From contig CM060731.1 in the NCBI GenBank assembly GCA_030704615.1, positions 59,086,001-59,150,000 on the forward strand: a DNA stretch of 64,000 bases, in the 5' to 3' direction. Position 1 is the stretch's first letter. Every line of letters starts with the position of its first letter. This document shows positions 62,934-64,000 of this stretch, one piece after another. The stretch comes from Takakia lepidozioides. Taxonomy: Eukaryota; Plantae; Bryophyta. A program made the position numbers and the translations under genes. The notes below the pieces were generated by a model. That model was not told the DNA's origin, did not search any database, and saw only the letters and a list, made by a program, of their open reading frames with translations.

Positions 62934-63975
62934 TGTTAGAGGACTGTAGGGGACTTAGACACTTATACGGGATCTGTAGGGTACCCTTAATTTTTGCACA
63001 GACTGAGACCAACAGGAGCCTTAGGGGTGACAGCAGCGCACTGTAGAAGGGGGTTACACAGCCAACACAGCTACAGTCGTCACAGCCAACACAGCCAACA
63101 CAGTCGCACAAGTCGTCACAGCCGACACAGCAAAACACAGCCGTCACAGTCGTCACAGCGACACAGCCAACACAGCCGTCACAGTCGTCACAGCGACACA
63201 GCCGAACAGCCGTCACAGCCGACACAGCCACACAGCCAGACAAAGCCCATCACAGCCCGACACAGCCAAACACAGTCGCACAGTCAGTCACAGCCCGACA
63301 CAGTTTCACACAGCCAGTCACCGCTTGACACAGCTGTCACGATAATAGGGAACGAAGAGTAGGACAGGGAACGACTGTGGGGAACAACACCTGTGAAGGG
63401 AGCATGTTAGTTCACAGACGACGGTTAGAGAGGGAAACGGTTAGAACCGCGGATAGGAGGATAAAGGGAGAAACGGGGAATGAAGGAGGGGGATCATCAT
63501 TATTCGGAGGGGGACTTCGTAGTCAGGCAGGAGCGGAGATCGGAGGCAAGAGATGGAGAGCACGATGAAGGAGGAAAGAGGATTAGTAGATGCTTGTTAT
63601 ATGCAAAGCTGTAGTGATATTGGAGAGCAGATTAGAGACATAATGACTTCGGCCTGATACCTGATAAATCATAATCTGATACTTATACGATACAATCACA
63701 CTGTGTAGAGAGATCTGAGAGAAGCTGTGGATTGAATGGATGAGTGAAGGAAACCGATAGATTGATGAAGCAAACTGATACTTAATTATCAATGCCAAAG
63801 GTAGCTAAGATGAATGAGAAAAGGGAAACGCATAGGAAACACCCCCATGATACACTAGCTGTAGGTCATGACTGATAGTTCTGCGCGGGCTGAGTACTTA
63901 GAGATTTCCAACTCTTCTATCTTGGAGTTTCCGCCTCGGATAGCGAAGGGATGGGTGAGTAAAAGCCGCGCGACA
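62934..63975 (+). repeat. 3' LTR (about 1042 bp)
   Basis: Near-identical to the 5' LTR outside the CACAGC array; followed by TSD GCTCT. Confidence 0.96.
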
Positions 63976-64000
63976 GCTCTTATGTCTGTCGTGCCATGTC
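63976..64000 (-). pseudogene. Continuation of the CACTA transposase beyond the LTR insertion
   Basis: Removing the LTR element and one TSD restores TWHDRHKSQDGLVRHPADSKAW. Confidence 0.85.

Larger units (their letters stand above)
51243..63975 (+). mobile_element. Ty3/gypsy LTR retrotransposon (non-chromovirus, Athila/Tat-related) with extra 5' and 3' ORFs
   Basis: TG...CA LTRs, 5-bp TSD GCTCT (51238-51242 and 63976-63980), PBS, PPT, and RT-RNaseH-integrase order. Confidence 0.96.

Overview
Intron-rich land-plant genomic DNA, probably a non-seed plant (inferred from gene content only). Three apparently intact host genes sit at 10.9-28.9 kb: a U-box/ARM E3 ligase, ARP7 and ATP-phosphoribosyltransferase HISN1. 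There are also PPR and cytochrome P450 pseudogenes, a gag/protease retroelement remnant, and a young Ty3/gypsy element (51243-63975; LTRs, PBS, PPT, 5-bp TSD, extra 5' and 3' ORFs) inserted in a CACTA transposase. The main observation is a DNA-transposon family seen as three diverged, damaged copies (about 0.8-3.8, 29.7-38.9 and 41.3-49.0 kb). Its layout is a GCM-zinc-finger Mutator-type transposase on the minus strand and a divergent, spliced gene fusing a ParB/Srx-like domain (DGNHR) to a beta-class N6A/N4C DNA methyltransferase-like domain. It also carries arrays of 30-bp palindromes that differ between subfamilies: GATTAAGATGTCGTTGACGACATCTTAATC in one and GGATGGAAAAACGGCGCCGAATTTCCATCC in the other. 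This suggests a transposon-borne ParB/parS-like DNA-binding and methylation module. Family assignments come from motif recognition by eye, and any function is inference.
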